This document shows, piece by piece, positions 51,385 through 63,616 of a stretch of DNA of 64,000 nt. A program made the position numbers and the translations under genes. Each line of letters starts with the position of its first letter. Within the stretch, counting starts at the first letter, position 1. Source of the stretch: Botryllus schlosseri (taxonomy: Eukaryota); NCBI GenBank assembly GCA_051294905.1, contig CM119371.1:7442001-7506000 (forward strand), given 5' to 3'. Under the pieces are notes generated by a model that did no database searches, was not told where the DNA came from, and saw only the letters and a list, made by a program, of their open reading frames with translations.

Positions 51385-53449
51385 GATTGTCAATCAACCA
51401 CGATATATAGGCTAATTATCCTACGATTATTATTACTATACAGTAGTACTGTTATTGAAGTAAAGATATATAATTCTCAAGTAATGCCTGTTAAGCTGTT
51501 GGAAGAATCATACTACTAATAACGCCACGAGTATGAATTGAAGGACAGTCAGCAGCAAACAAGGCACTAAACCAGGGGTTCTCAAAAGATGGGCCATGGC
51601 CCACGAGTGGACCACAGGAATAATTTTAGGTGAGCCACAGAGCTATTTGGAAAATTGTACAATTAGTGAAAGTTTAATTTTATTTGTTATGTTCATATAT
51701 TAAAAATATAGTCGTGTTATCGGATTATACGCATGCTACATGATGCTTTTTATCCGTCTCTGATCAGTCACAAAGTACAGTCGACATAGCAGGAGAAATT
51801 GTGGCTTTTCTCCCTCCGGCTATGAAAACCTATGGCCAACAGCAACGAAAATAATTGCGATTAGATAATAACTGGACGTTAATTCTGAAATAACCAAGTA
51901 TTCCGGCCGGGTCATACACCGTATGCCCTTGAAAAGTGCTTGCATTGAACTCAGACCTTTTTCTTACATAAATCAATCGAGCCCTTGACTGTATAACTTA
52001 TTATATGGTAATAGTGTGGATTTTTATATGATATGGAAAAGTAAAATGGCTAAATTCGTGAAAATTTACATATTTTGGGCCTATGTCGTAGGGCAAAAAG
52101 TTGACGTGATCAAAAAATCAGTGGCATTTTTGGAACCAGCAAGCCAAATTTTGCCTATATCAAGTGCAAAATCGAAGTCAACAAATTTTTAGTTCAAAAT
52201 TATTGCCCAGTGTAATAACTGGCCGTATGCTGAAGCTGTACAGTTACTCACATATTTCATTAGCAGTTCTACGTGTACGTGAGGGATACAACGTATTTTT
52301 GGATGTATATTTAACTAGATTTGTTATTTGATTCAAGATAAATGTCTTTCACACAGCTAGCAAAATGTAATGACTTTGAATAATCACTCATACTTTGAAA
52401 ATTAAATTTGACTTGAATCGCGACTTGACTTGACTCGAGTCACCTTTGAAAATCGATTGACTTGACTCGAGTCAAAATCTGTATTGACTCGAAGGTATTG
52501 ACTTGATCCCAACACTGTTACTTTACTTGATGATTTGAAATTGACAAGTCCTTTTACCAAAGTGACTGGAATCAAGTCAAGTAATACGAAAAACTTGAGT
52601 CATCCTAACACTGCCCTGCGCGCACTAAATCTATTATAAAAACACCAGGATCAGAAGTGTCACCTCTGAGTCCGACTAATCTCAACTTTCAACTGTTGCT
52701 AAGGCTGCTGCTTATGTTTACATCTCTCGCGGACAGTAGGTGTCGCTGTAAACAAAAACGTTGATTGATGGAACTATGGAATTTTTTTTAAATTTCTATA
52801 ATGGAACGCTCCAATCTCCAAGCCAAGGCCAGCGAGGAGCGACGCTGTAAATTGCTTTGGTTTTAACATAGTGTCTTTAACGAAATATATTGGTATAACG
52901 CCATTTTCATACTATTCAATAAGGAGTTGGTAATTACCTGAACTGAGACCAGTGTTGGGATGATTCGAGTCATGACTTGACTCGGGTCAGACTCGAGTCA
53001 CTTTGCCAAAATGAATTGACTTGACTTGACTCGGCGTATCAGAAATGTGGATTGACTCGTGACTCGGAGCGAAATTCCCGAGTCAATTTCAAGTCATCAA
53101 GTAATCGGTGTCGATAAAAATCACTGTATCTTGCATATCTTCGGATTGTTCGCGAAACGCTGGTTAAACCCGTGATAGCGACCAATCATTCAATAATCGT
53201 GCGTTTCACCTCCATTGTTATTTCATAAAAAATGGACCGCAAACGAAGTGATCGAAGCTTACAGCTTATACTTTGTTGCAAACCGGTAGTAAAGTGATTT
53301 ACAAAATGCAGTGGCGGCTCGTGACAATATCGGGTGGTGGGGCAAGGGCTGCAAGCGACTTTTTATCAAGATGACGTCACATTGGCGTTTCCAACGTAAA
53401 CAACTAACTTGGTGGTACGGTAACACTATAGAATGTTTACATTCTATAG

Positions 53450-55624
53450 CAAGGATCGGCAACCTACGGCCCGCGGGCCGGATCCGGCCCGCCACGCGAA
53501 ATCGTCGGGCCCGCGGCATCATAATTAGTTGTCACAAGAATACGGCCCGCCGTTTCTTGTTGAGTTTCAAACTTCAGTGCCAGCACTGTTTAGAAAAATT
53601 GTGGCATTGCTAAGATATAAGTACGTTGTACTACTCCATTGTTACGACATAAAACTGATGCGTAGGAGGAATACTGGTATTATATCGTACTAAGTGCAGT
53701 GCAATATTGTATGCAGAGTTAACGATAGTTGCCAAGAACAGTGCTCTTCAACCGAGTGCGCACACCCAATAGTATACCATATATTTTAAAGGGTGTATCA
53801 TGTGCCACTCTGATGAGTTGTATATCGCATTTCATTCGGCCGATGACTAGCTATCACAACAAGGAATTTGCTACAGGCTGATATTTCAGAAGGGGTCGAC
53901 TGGATGTAGAATACAGTATGATGCTCCCAAGTGTACGCACTACGCAGCTTGTAAATTACATACTATTAGGCATGTCATCAATGGCTACACTTGTATGTAG
54001 GGGAGATGTGGTACCGATGGATCACTGGGACCGAAAATACTTTGAAAATTCTCTATGATAATTCCATGATTACACTCCGTGAACTTGTCTACAATTGCAT
54101 GCTGGCAAAATCTTTCCTCACATACAAAAAAATTCGACGTGAGCGAGCTATGGGGTCTCTCACAGATGTTTTTTTTGTTTTGTGGGGTGTAAAGTAAATT
54201 TAGATCGACATCTACACTTTTCTTTGTAACCTTCAACACTAACAAACCAGCAATCATTTTTATTGTGAAGTGTAGGGCTTGTATCAGGCTGTATAATGGC
54301 ACCTATTATTTTTTTCAGTACTTTCCTTGAGTGGAATTTTTTTCGATTCATGTATAAAATTCGTAGGGTGGGGACCGATGATACAATAGCCAAATCAAGC
54401 AAAATAATCAAGCATACTTATCATGAAACAAATGAAACATGCCTACGCACAGAAAATCTTTATGTAATAATTGCATATGATGTTTTATCGCTATAACGAG
54501 GTATTTGGAAGTCACACTGTCGATTTTCGGGCAATATGTATGTACCGTCAAAATTATAAGCCCGAGCCTGAATCGTAACGTGATTTTATGACAACATTTG
54601 AGTTAATATTTATTCTATTTTTTGACGGTTGCAATCAAACATTCTTCTTTGGCTTGCTGTAACTTAGATTATAATACTGAGCAAGAAAAGTTGTCACATC
54701 TGAGTTTTTTAGGGTATATGTGTCATAGGTCGCCGGGTCGTGTGCCATTGGACCTACCGGGTGGGGACCGATGACACGTTCGAGCAACAAATTTTGAACG
54801 TCCATAAATTTTCTTTGAAAAGACGGATAGTCATATATATGTGCGCGATAGGTAGAGCTTGTATCAAAGTGCTGAGCCAGCAAAAGATCTGCTGTTTTTG
54901 GCTGAACATTTTGGGGCCAGCGATCATTTTCCAATTTTTGATCCATCGGTACCACATCTCCCCTAGTATTTGTGTTGTTTTCCGACTGCAATGTCATTTA
55001 CACCAGGCCGATATTCCTTATTTTGATTCTGTAGATATGCCGACTTGTAGCACGGCCTACTAATTTAATTACTGAATTTTTTCTCACGCTTTCCGAAATT
55101 TGTTCTCTACGAAATAAATTCAGGCTATTCAGTACTCCGTTTGCTGTAAAAGGCATTGCCATACCCACAGAATTTCAAAATGATCTTATTGAAATGCAAT
55201 TCAGTGACGAATTGAAGGAAAAATTCCGTACAAAGACCATATCGCTACTTGACTTTTACAAAAAGTGCCTCCTTGAAAGTGGTCTTTATCCCAGCTTGAC
55301 CAGCCATGCAAAAGAAACGAAGGGCAAACTAAGATCGCGCATTTCCGACGCCCATTTAGAAAATGTTTTGGTTCTTGCATCATCTGACTTGGTACCAGAT
55401 GTTAAAAAACTTTCAAAAAGCAAGCTGCATCAAGTTTCACAATAATGCTGTGTTGTTGAAGTGTGAATATGCATTTGCTCTTTTTGTGATTGGTATGGTT
55501 GAGATTGAGCAATGTAGCGTAATATACTAAAGTGAGTATGAATTGTAGTATGAGAAGTCCGGCCCGCCTATGAGTTGTGCATTTGATATTTGGCCCGCGA
55601 CCAGCAAAAGGTTGCCGACCCCTG
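53450..55624 (+). mobile_element. hAT Charlie/SPIN-type deletion derivative with a transposase C-terminal remnant
   Basis: Ends CAAGGATCGGCAACC...GGTTGCCGACCCCTG, TSD TTCTATAG. ~55130-55445 encodes FQNDLIEMQ..SLLDFYK..YPSL..KLRSRISDAHLENVL, typical of Charlie/SPIN transposase ends. Confidence 0.8.
54000..54963. mobile_element. TA-flanked MITE (Tc1/mariner-pogo-like)
   Basis: Perfect 25-bp TIR GGGGAGATGTGGTACCGATGGATCA; TA on both sides. Confidence 0.75.
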
Positions 55625-57024
55625 TTCTATAGCAACACGAACTTCCCGACAACAGTGATTTTAACGTATGTGCCGCGAGAAGTCTGCCGGTGAGCTGTGA
55701 CTTGAAATGTAGTAACTGCGTAAACGGCGTACGGAACAAAGATTCGACAGGGTTCATGTTCGCACTATACCTGACTAATTATCTGCAGAAATGGAAATGA
55801 CTATAACTCGGGAGATTGCGTAAGCCTAACTGGAAAGGTCAACGAGTTCGGACACATACGCAATAGTTATCTCATAGATTGGACAATTGGACATGTCATA
55901 TTGAATCCAAAACATCATTCTGAAGAACTACGAATAGCAGCCTCGGAAATTCGGTCCCGGTACAGCATAGGAGATTTTGGCCTCGAGGCTGGTTGACTGT
56001 CACACGACACATACGGCTTACGGTCTATATGTCTGCTGCAAAATCACCTTTGGAGAATATATTACCGAATAAATACGTGGATGAAAGCCGAAAACTTGGT
56101 ACATTGTTACATGAAATCATCGAGAAGTAGCCTCATGACCGTTTTCGGTATGGTACACTGTCAAAATTAATACGAACAGACGAACACCGAATTTTGCGTA
56201 AAATTTACTGAGAAATAGGCTGATCAAGCGATCAGCTGTTAGCCGCCATCGAAAACGAAACAGCTATCGCGCTTGACAGGGGTTATAATCGTAAGCAAAT
56301 TGCTGAAGGCCACAATTTCACGGTGAAATTGACATTGGAGAATATAAAATAAAACTAAATATTTGAATGCAAACCGAGGATGTTAGTAAACTGTTTCATG
56401 ATATCATCATCTCATCACCTCACAGATATACCGGCTTTTGCGTGAAATCTGCAATGCGTTAGGTAGGCTAAGTGTCAGATCAGCGCACATCTATACCATA
56501 CTCGACCTTGATAACGAAATTGCTGGCCTAATCATTGAGTGCCAACCTTGAGACTTGGCACAGCGTTTGATACTAACATTAAGACTTACCGTACCAAGTG
56601 TCATGACCGATCTCGGTATGGAACATCGTTAAAATCAATGGATACCAATACCGGCTTTTGAGTAAAATCTGTTTGCGATACATGACGGATCAGCACACAC
56701 TCAACTTCGGAAACGGAATTACTACCCTAAACTTTGAGTAGAAACCCTGAAACTTAGGACGGTGTTAAATATCACCATCACGACACGACATACCACGTTT
56801 CAAGAAATATCATGGTGTGAAACACCATCAAAATCGACCTATACCAGCAAAGGTCGACTAAACGCATATGACGGTAACCGAGTTCAGATATAGATACGAT
56901 TGTTACATCACACCTTAGGGGCGACCAGGCAAGTTGCCCTACCTGCTCGGTCATTTTATGAATAGGAGAGACTAAATCACTGTTTCTTTATTGTGCGCGG
57001 CTTTGAGAGAATAGACAGTGAAAG

Positions 57025-57048
57025 CATAGTGTCCTATAGGACACTATG
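57025..57048. mobile_element. 24-bp TIR-only remnant or footprint of the CATAGTGTCC family
   Basis: Perfect palindrome CATAGTGTCCTATAGGACACTATG flanked by a 7-bp direct repeat GTGAAAG. Confidence 0.8.
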
Positions 57049-58276
57049 GTGAAAGCTTGTTATGAGCGCTGCCGGGGCATGCCCCGGCTAGGCATTCGCA
57101 AAGCGAAAACAAGGAAGAGAATTCGATTTTCGCAGAGACTTCGCTGTATATAGGCATTTACAAGCGAAAGGACAAGAAGAATACGATTTTCGCTGTGATT
57201 TCTGTATATATAGATTGCGGTGCGTCTATAAATGGTAACGAATTGTTATTGAACATAATTTTAGGTGGGGCAATGCCCCAGTTGCCCTATAGGACGAGCC
57301 GCCACTGACAAAATGTCTATTTCCGTTCTATTTTCTCGCGTACCACAGGTTGGGAACCACTGCCTTAACATAAACTCTTGTTTTATTGAAATTGAACTCG
57401 AATATGGTTTATATAGTCCTCAACAATAGGTGCAGGCGTGAATTGAATCATATCAATTTGTAAATAGGTAATGTACTGCAGCTTATCCTTTCGTTATCTA
57501 TTCTCTATTTTTACTGGTAACTATAAACTGAGGCTATGTAATTATTTCCGTAGTTTAGCAGTTCTACTTATGTGTGAGCGATACAGCGCCTTCTTACGTG
57601 TATATTTAATTCTGTATTCGGTTCGGAAAGTATGGCCACTCAATCTGTATTTCAGTCAGCTTGCAAACTGCAATGACGTAATCATGCCTCATACTTCGAA
57701 AAGTCAACTTGACTTGACTCGAGTCACCTGCCCAAAATCGAGCGACTTGACTTGACTCGGTTCACCTTCGAAAATCGAGGGACTTGACTTGACTCGAGTC
57801 AAAATGTGCAATGACTCGTGACTCGAAGGTAGTGACTTGATCCCAACACTGACTGAGACCCGATAAGACCTTTGTGAGTCGTATATTTTGTCGTATGAAC
57901 GTAGATAACAAAATATGAAATCGTACGATGTTAGGTGCCTGTACTCTCTCGTGGCTATATATGTGTATTGTGTATGTAATACGACGTAGAGATATTCATT
58001 CATTCATTTATTCGCTGATTCGGAACTCCGTGGCATTGCCGTGGGTGATTCAATAAAGTTACAAGTCGTGGAGACTGAAACAAAATATATTCGTCAGTGT
58101 GATCCATCGAATACGCGTGCAATAGACAGGCTTCGTGTGCGTCAGCCATTAAGGCCGTACGGCGTGGTTACGCCGGTCCGTCGAACGCAAGGGAACACAC
58201 AGGGAATTGTAAACGCAACCTTCTGGAGTCAGATTATACAACTATAACATCTACAAACATTCGCTCTGCGTTATAT

Positions 58277-58877
58277 CATAGTGTCCTATATGGTGTCGAC
58301 ACAAGCAAATCTCACGGCTCAGTGAAATTGATTCACGTCACAATTTCCATTTGGCTACAGGCAATTTGACGGCCATTTTTGACCGGCTTGCCGAGCATTA
58401 AATTTGGTGAAACGGGTATCAATCGAAAGCTGACTCTGCACTGATTACGAAAATATAAATTTTATTCAGCTCGCGGCCCTGGAACCCCCACAATCAGCCT
58501 CTAATTTTTCATTGTTATGGAAATTGGCATTGGGACGCAACAATGCTGTCTGGCGAAACGAGAGACACAACAATGCTGTCTGGCTCCTTTTTTCTTGAGC
58601 TACTATCTCGTTTCGCAAGACAGCATTGTTGCGTCACACTGCCAATCTCCTCAACGATCAATAATTTGGGGCTGATTGTGGGGGTTCCAGGGCCATGAGC
58701 GGAATAAATTATATATTTTCGCAAGCAGTACAGCGTCAGCTTTCGATTGATACCCGGTTCATCAAATTTAATGCTGGGCAAGCCGGTCAAAAATGACCGT
58801 CGAATGGAAATTGTGACGTGAACCAATTTCACTGAGCCGTGAGATTTGCTTGTGTCGACACCATATAGGACACTATG
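58277..58877. mobile_element. Hairpin (almost fully palindromic) MITE with CATAG ends and 7-bp TSD, P-superfamily-like
   Basis: Arms of >200 bp are near-perfect reverse complements (CATAGTGTCCTATATGGTGTCGACACAAGC...). TSD GTTATAT (58270-58276, 58878-58884). Confidence 0.85.
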
Positions 58878-59318
58878 GTTATATTATAGATAACTAACCT
58901 ACGAATAGATGCGCAACACGTGACTCACGGTCGAGTGATGCGCCGAAGGCAGATTTGTTGTCGCTTCATAGCATAAAAGGGGAGAGTAATGCTAATGGCT
59001 AATCACAAAGATGACGACCCTAGCGCTCAAATTTATTAACATTGATCTTACTTGAAAACTACAGTTGGGCTGATTCTGATAATATACATTAAATTTTCAT
59101 CAAGGCAATGGAACCACCCCGAAATAGCCTTCAAAATCTTAAAATCAGCATTGTTCTAAACAATCGCAACCACGCACGGACCGTTGTTATGGTCATTGTG
59201 CTGCGCTGTTGCGCAGTAGCACGAATAAGCCCAATAATGTCTGATTTATTTCGCAGAAAATGATGAGAAAATTTACTCTACGCAGTTGTAAGCAACAGAT
59301 AGGACAATGGCGGAGAGA

Positions 59319-59895
59319 CAGGGTTGTAATGACTCGAGTCGTGACTCGACTCGAGTCAGACTGGAGTCACGATTTTCAGATGACTCGACTCGAGTCATTT
59401 TCTCAAAATACGGAAATGACTGGACTCGACTCGAGTCAATCTGTGTATTGACCCGACTTGGACTCGAGTCATTGCGCATGACTCGAAGCAAGTCATTGAC
59501 TCGAGATTCAGACGGCCAAGACCGACATTTCATTGTAATTTCGAAGCCAACACACTATTGGGATTTCGTTTGTTGGTACTGGTGCTTGGAAATGCGACCA
59601 GAAACTGCTAAAAGTGAGGAAAATTGATATATCATAAATGCGAACCATTCAATATCACCAAACAGAGTTGAAAAAGTGGGTTTAGGAAGACTTTAACTGG
59701 AAACTGAGCAGTCAACACGATGTTGGACTCGGACTCGTGTCATAATACCATGACTCGGACTCGATCCTCTGTTCGCTGACTTGGACTCGGACTTGACTCG
59801 GTGGGAATTGAAAATGACTCGACTTGACTCGAGTCAAAAATATAAAAGAGAGATTGACTTGTGACTCGGAGCCTTGTGACTTGGTTACAACCCTG
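59319..59895. mobile_element. GACTCGAGTC-rich hAT MITE (CAGGGTTGTAA ends)
   Basis: TIR CAGGGTTGTAA...TTACAACCCTG. TSD CGGAGAGA/CAGAGAGA. Empty sites at ~23260 and ~41455. Confidence 0.85.
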
Positions 59896-60115
59896 CAGAG
59901 AGACATTGAATTTAAATTGAATTCAATCCTAACCTGAACACAGTCGCGTCTTAAATTTAGTGTTGATATATTTATAGAAACCTGCTCTTGCAAAGCCTCA
60001 GGTACAGCAAGCAACAACCCAATATTGTTCAAAACACTGAGGCAAAGTGAAGATGTCAAACTAGCCGTAGCAACTAGAAAGCGAAAGAGTCAAAACTTCT
60101 GTACATGGTAAATAT

Positions 60116-62115
60116 CAGGGTTGTAATGACTCGAGATTTTTTGACTCGACTTGACTCGCGTCATTTTCTTGAAACGGGAAAATGACTCGACTCGACTCGA
60201 GTCAATATTTGGATTGACTCGACTTGTACTCGAGACATTACGCATGACTCGACCCAAGTCATTGACTCGGCTTATTTTATATGACTAGAAGATAAAGAAA
60301 TTTGCGAATCGTAATGGTTAGATCAATGCATCTGACGAATTCTGCCGACATCGCTATTTGTCACCACTGCTTTTGTTGCACTCGTCTGATATCAGATATG
60401 CCGCCGTAAAAAGAATATACAATGGTACATAGTAGCAATGCATATTGCATTGTACAAAATCATCCAGTGAGAGGTAATAGATCCTCCGCAATCTATGTGG
60501 GCTACTCAAGACTTTTCAATTATATAAGCAAATAGTCGAAGCAAAGTTCAATTAGAGCCAATGAAATGACTCAGATGGTCAAGTACTTGGAAGAGACTGT
60601 AAGCTCATGAGTAGATTTGATGATGGTGATTCTTTGCATTTTTGAGCGACTAGAGATTGAGTAGCCTATCCAATGCTCTTCAGTGTGGTTAAAAGATGCT
60701 TGTCAATTCCTGCATCTAGTGCGCCAGCGGAACGTGTATTTAGTAGATGTGGATTTATTCTAAGGCCATGCCGCTTTAACATATTCGAGGATCTCCTTTC
60801 AACTTATGTATTTTCGAAGTGTAACTCATTGATTTGATCTGCTGTCTGTGAAAACACACAATACCTCCCCGTCCATTTGACGTTTTTTTAGGTATGCACA
60901 TTATGCATGTGAGTAATAATGAATGGCTGATGTTGTGTGATGTCTGTACAATGGGGCTGTTCAAAAATAACTTTTTTTTTATTCTATTTGGTAGCTTTGA
61001 TAAAATTATTACGTTGCATAAAAAGAACACCGAATCTGGCTTAATTTTAAAAAGTAAAATCAATGATATGAGTGGAGAAAATTTTGGATTTCAAAATAAA
61101 TGGAGTATTTTTAGAGGGAAATTCTTGCATATAATATAGTAGTAAGCCGACTATTTTTTCATATCCCAAATATTCCACTCTAATAACTTCGCTTCTTCTT
61201 GTTGGAATTGAGACAAATTTGCTCTGAATCATATTTTTACACTATCTAACAATATCATGAGGTAGCCGGTAAAATTCAAACGTCTCTATTTGTAATTATT
61301 CCAAAATTTTATCTCATAGCATTGCTTTCTAGAGGTTGGAATTGAGCCAAATTTAAGTACTTTTAGGCAATCTAATAATTTTAACAAGTAGTCTCCTTTT
61401 TAAGATTTTGTCCTTTTTTGAGAATTTTGGTAAATGTAGGGCAAATTCGACTAAGATAGAGCAAATCAGCACTGAAGTAAAGCTCCAGCGGCTATTTCGG
61501 GAGCTGAGTAGGATAGTTGACCTTTTCTTTAGTCAACCACCTTATAGCGTGAAAGAAAAACTGTACCTCTACAGAAGCATGCATCTGCTGATTCTCTATC
61601 AGCTGGTATCTAGACGTGAATTCGTTGGTTCTCTATAAGCTATTTGCGAGCTGTCGTCGCTGTGCTCGTAATAAAAACTGAATGCTTATATTTGTGATGT
61701 ATCAGACTGACAAGACACATATTTGATTTATGTTCTAAGATTAGTAGGCTAAAGTTATCATATTGGCGGCCTGTCTCGTCTATCTGTAGCATCGGTAAAT
61801 GAGGTCAGGAAATATCCGTCATCTGCCTAAATAAACATGTGCCAAGACTCAGATAGTGTCAAAATAACCATGTTTGGCAAGCAAGGAATTCGATATCACC
61901 CAAGCAGGATGGAAAACATAATTTGAACATGACTTCAATACTGTGACTTGGACTCGAACTCGAGTCATAACACTATGACTCGGACTTGACCCTTTAAACG
62001 GTGACTTGGACTCGACTCGGTGATTAATTGAAAATGACTCGACTTGACTCGAGTCAAAACCACAAAAGTAAGATTGACTCGTGACTCGGAACAGTGTGAC
62101 TTGGTTACAACCCTG
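60116..62115 (+). mobile_element. 2-kb hAT deletion derivative (CAGGGTTGTAA ends) retaining the hAT dimerization domain
   Basis: Perfect TSD GTAAATAT. 60661-60837 translates YPMLFSVVKRCLSIPASSAPAERVFSRCGFILRPCR..VFSKCN, a hATC dimerization motif. Confidence 0.85.
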
Positions 62116-62928
62116 GTAAATATTAGAATGTGCAACATAAATGGCATATTTTTCCAAGTCAAGAAAGAGAGTGTATTTTGGCCTTGGCAATAGTCAAGGT
62201 TAACATATCTTAGGGTCACCATACGTCCTCTTTTGAGAGGATTTGTCCTCTTTTTTGACTTTTTTGAAAGTGTCCTCGGAGGACACCCTTTCGTCCTCAT
62301 TTTTGAGATTTTGTCCTATTTTTTGAAAATTTAGGTCATATTTAGAGCAAAATGCGAGTGATATGCCGTAAATTAGCACAGAAGTGACACTCCGGCTGGG
62401 CGAAAAGTTGGGTTTTTTTTAGTCAACCACCTAGCAATGTGTAGAGAAAAACGGTATTTTGAGCTCCGAGCGGAAAGTTTACCTTTTTTTAGTCAACCGA
62501 TCACAAAGTTGGAAAAAATCACCGATTTTTGAGAATTCCTCTCCGGATTTTCAAGTCTCAAATTTCTGAAAAAGTGTCCTCTTTTTAGATATCCAAAATA
62601 TGGTAAGCCTAACACATCTACAATAAGCAGTTGTTGTTGTCCTTTTTATAGCTGACGCCCAATTTCCATTATGCAATATGCCATGACCCACCACTCGTCC
62701 TCAGTCTTCTCTTAAGCGGCGGCAATACAACAGGTTCAGGCCTAGCAGTTCATATCAAGGCGGTTTGTTCTCGTGAGCAGGAGAATGGCAAATGTATGTA
62801 TCGCAAGCACGGCTCGTTTCGAACTATACAGTTCTTCTTCAACGAAATCTGTCCAGTTGTCCAAGCCTGCCTGGACGGTATCTGCCATTTTGGGTCAATT
62901 GTTTGATTTGGGAGTCCGACATGGATTG

Positions 62929-63159
62929 TTACTTAGGGCCTGCAGTGCGGTTCACCCGGTCACGAGGTGTTGACAAAGTGATGAGTTCTCGACAAATTTG
63001 AAATTTTGTTTGTGTCTGATTCCGTCGTTGTGACAACATGCGACCCAGGTAGAGGGTCTGGGGTTTGAATTTTACAAACTCTTTGTTTGATTGAGCCGCC
63101 AAATAATTACTCGCTTTGGAACGCCTCGCAGGACTGGGCTGGTTCACGTCTTCCTCGAT
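62929..63159 (-). other. Terminal-exon-like segment 'A' (copy 4, frame open from acceptor to stop)
   Basis: CTGACCCCCTTCTATTTTTGCAG acceptor, then 77 codons IEEDVNQPSPARRS..EFVKFKPQ..TAGPK*. Confidence 0.4.
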
Positions 63160-63393
63160 CTGCAAAAATAGAAGGGGGTCAGTCATTACTAACATTGGAA
63201 TCCCGGGAATTTATGGTATATTTCTGATAGCGAATCCGCGATCAACGAGATCTGACACTACTTCCACTTACAGTTTTTTTCCAGCAAAACTAGGCCTATA
63301 ATACCCTAATTTTTACTCAGGAATTTGTACTTGTACTTGAGTATAAATTTACGACGCTACTTATCCTTCCATTTGAGTACCAACAATGAATAC

Positions 63394-63616
63394 TTTGTTC
63401 TTCTCCTGAAACAGCGATGTCGAATGACCTCCAACCCCAATCTTCACCCACATTTGTCACCCACCTTTTTACATCGGGATCGACTGACTTTTCCTGTAGG
63501 CATCCGAACCAATGGTGCGTCTCGTTGAAACTTTCTGGCAGATCACTCACAACTAGAGGGCCGACCTTTTATCAATTGGACGGTGTGCCGGAAATCCTTC
63601 TCGAGCAAGGGTGACA
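63394..63616 (-). pseudogene. Internal-exon relic 'B' (copy 3)
   Basis: Acceptor CTGACCCCCTTTTGTTACAG. Partial frame SDLPESFNETHHWFGCLQEKSVDPDVKRWVTNVGEDW. Confidence 0.4.

Larger units (their letters stand above)
52950..57851. mobile_element. GACTCGAGTC-rich hAT MITE expanded to 4.9 kb by nested insertions
   Basis: Ends CAGTGTTGGGAT...ATCCCAACACTG. Perfect TSD ACTGAGAC (52942-52949, 57852-57859). The ends are the reverse complement of the 16013-16968 copy. Confidence 0.8.

Noticed and set aside
59260..60059. ORFs rich in TRVES/DSSQV
   Set aside because: Translations of GACTCGAGTC MITE subterminal repeats.
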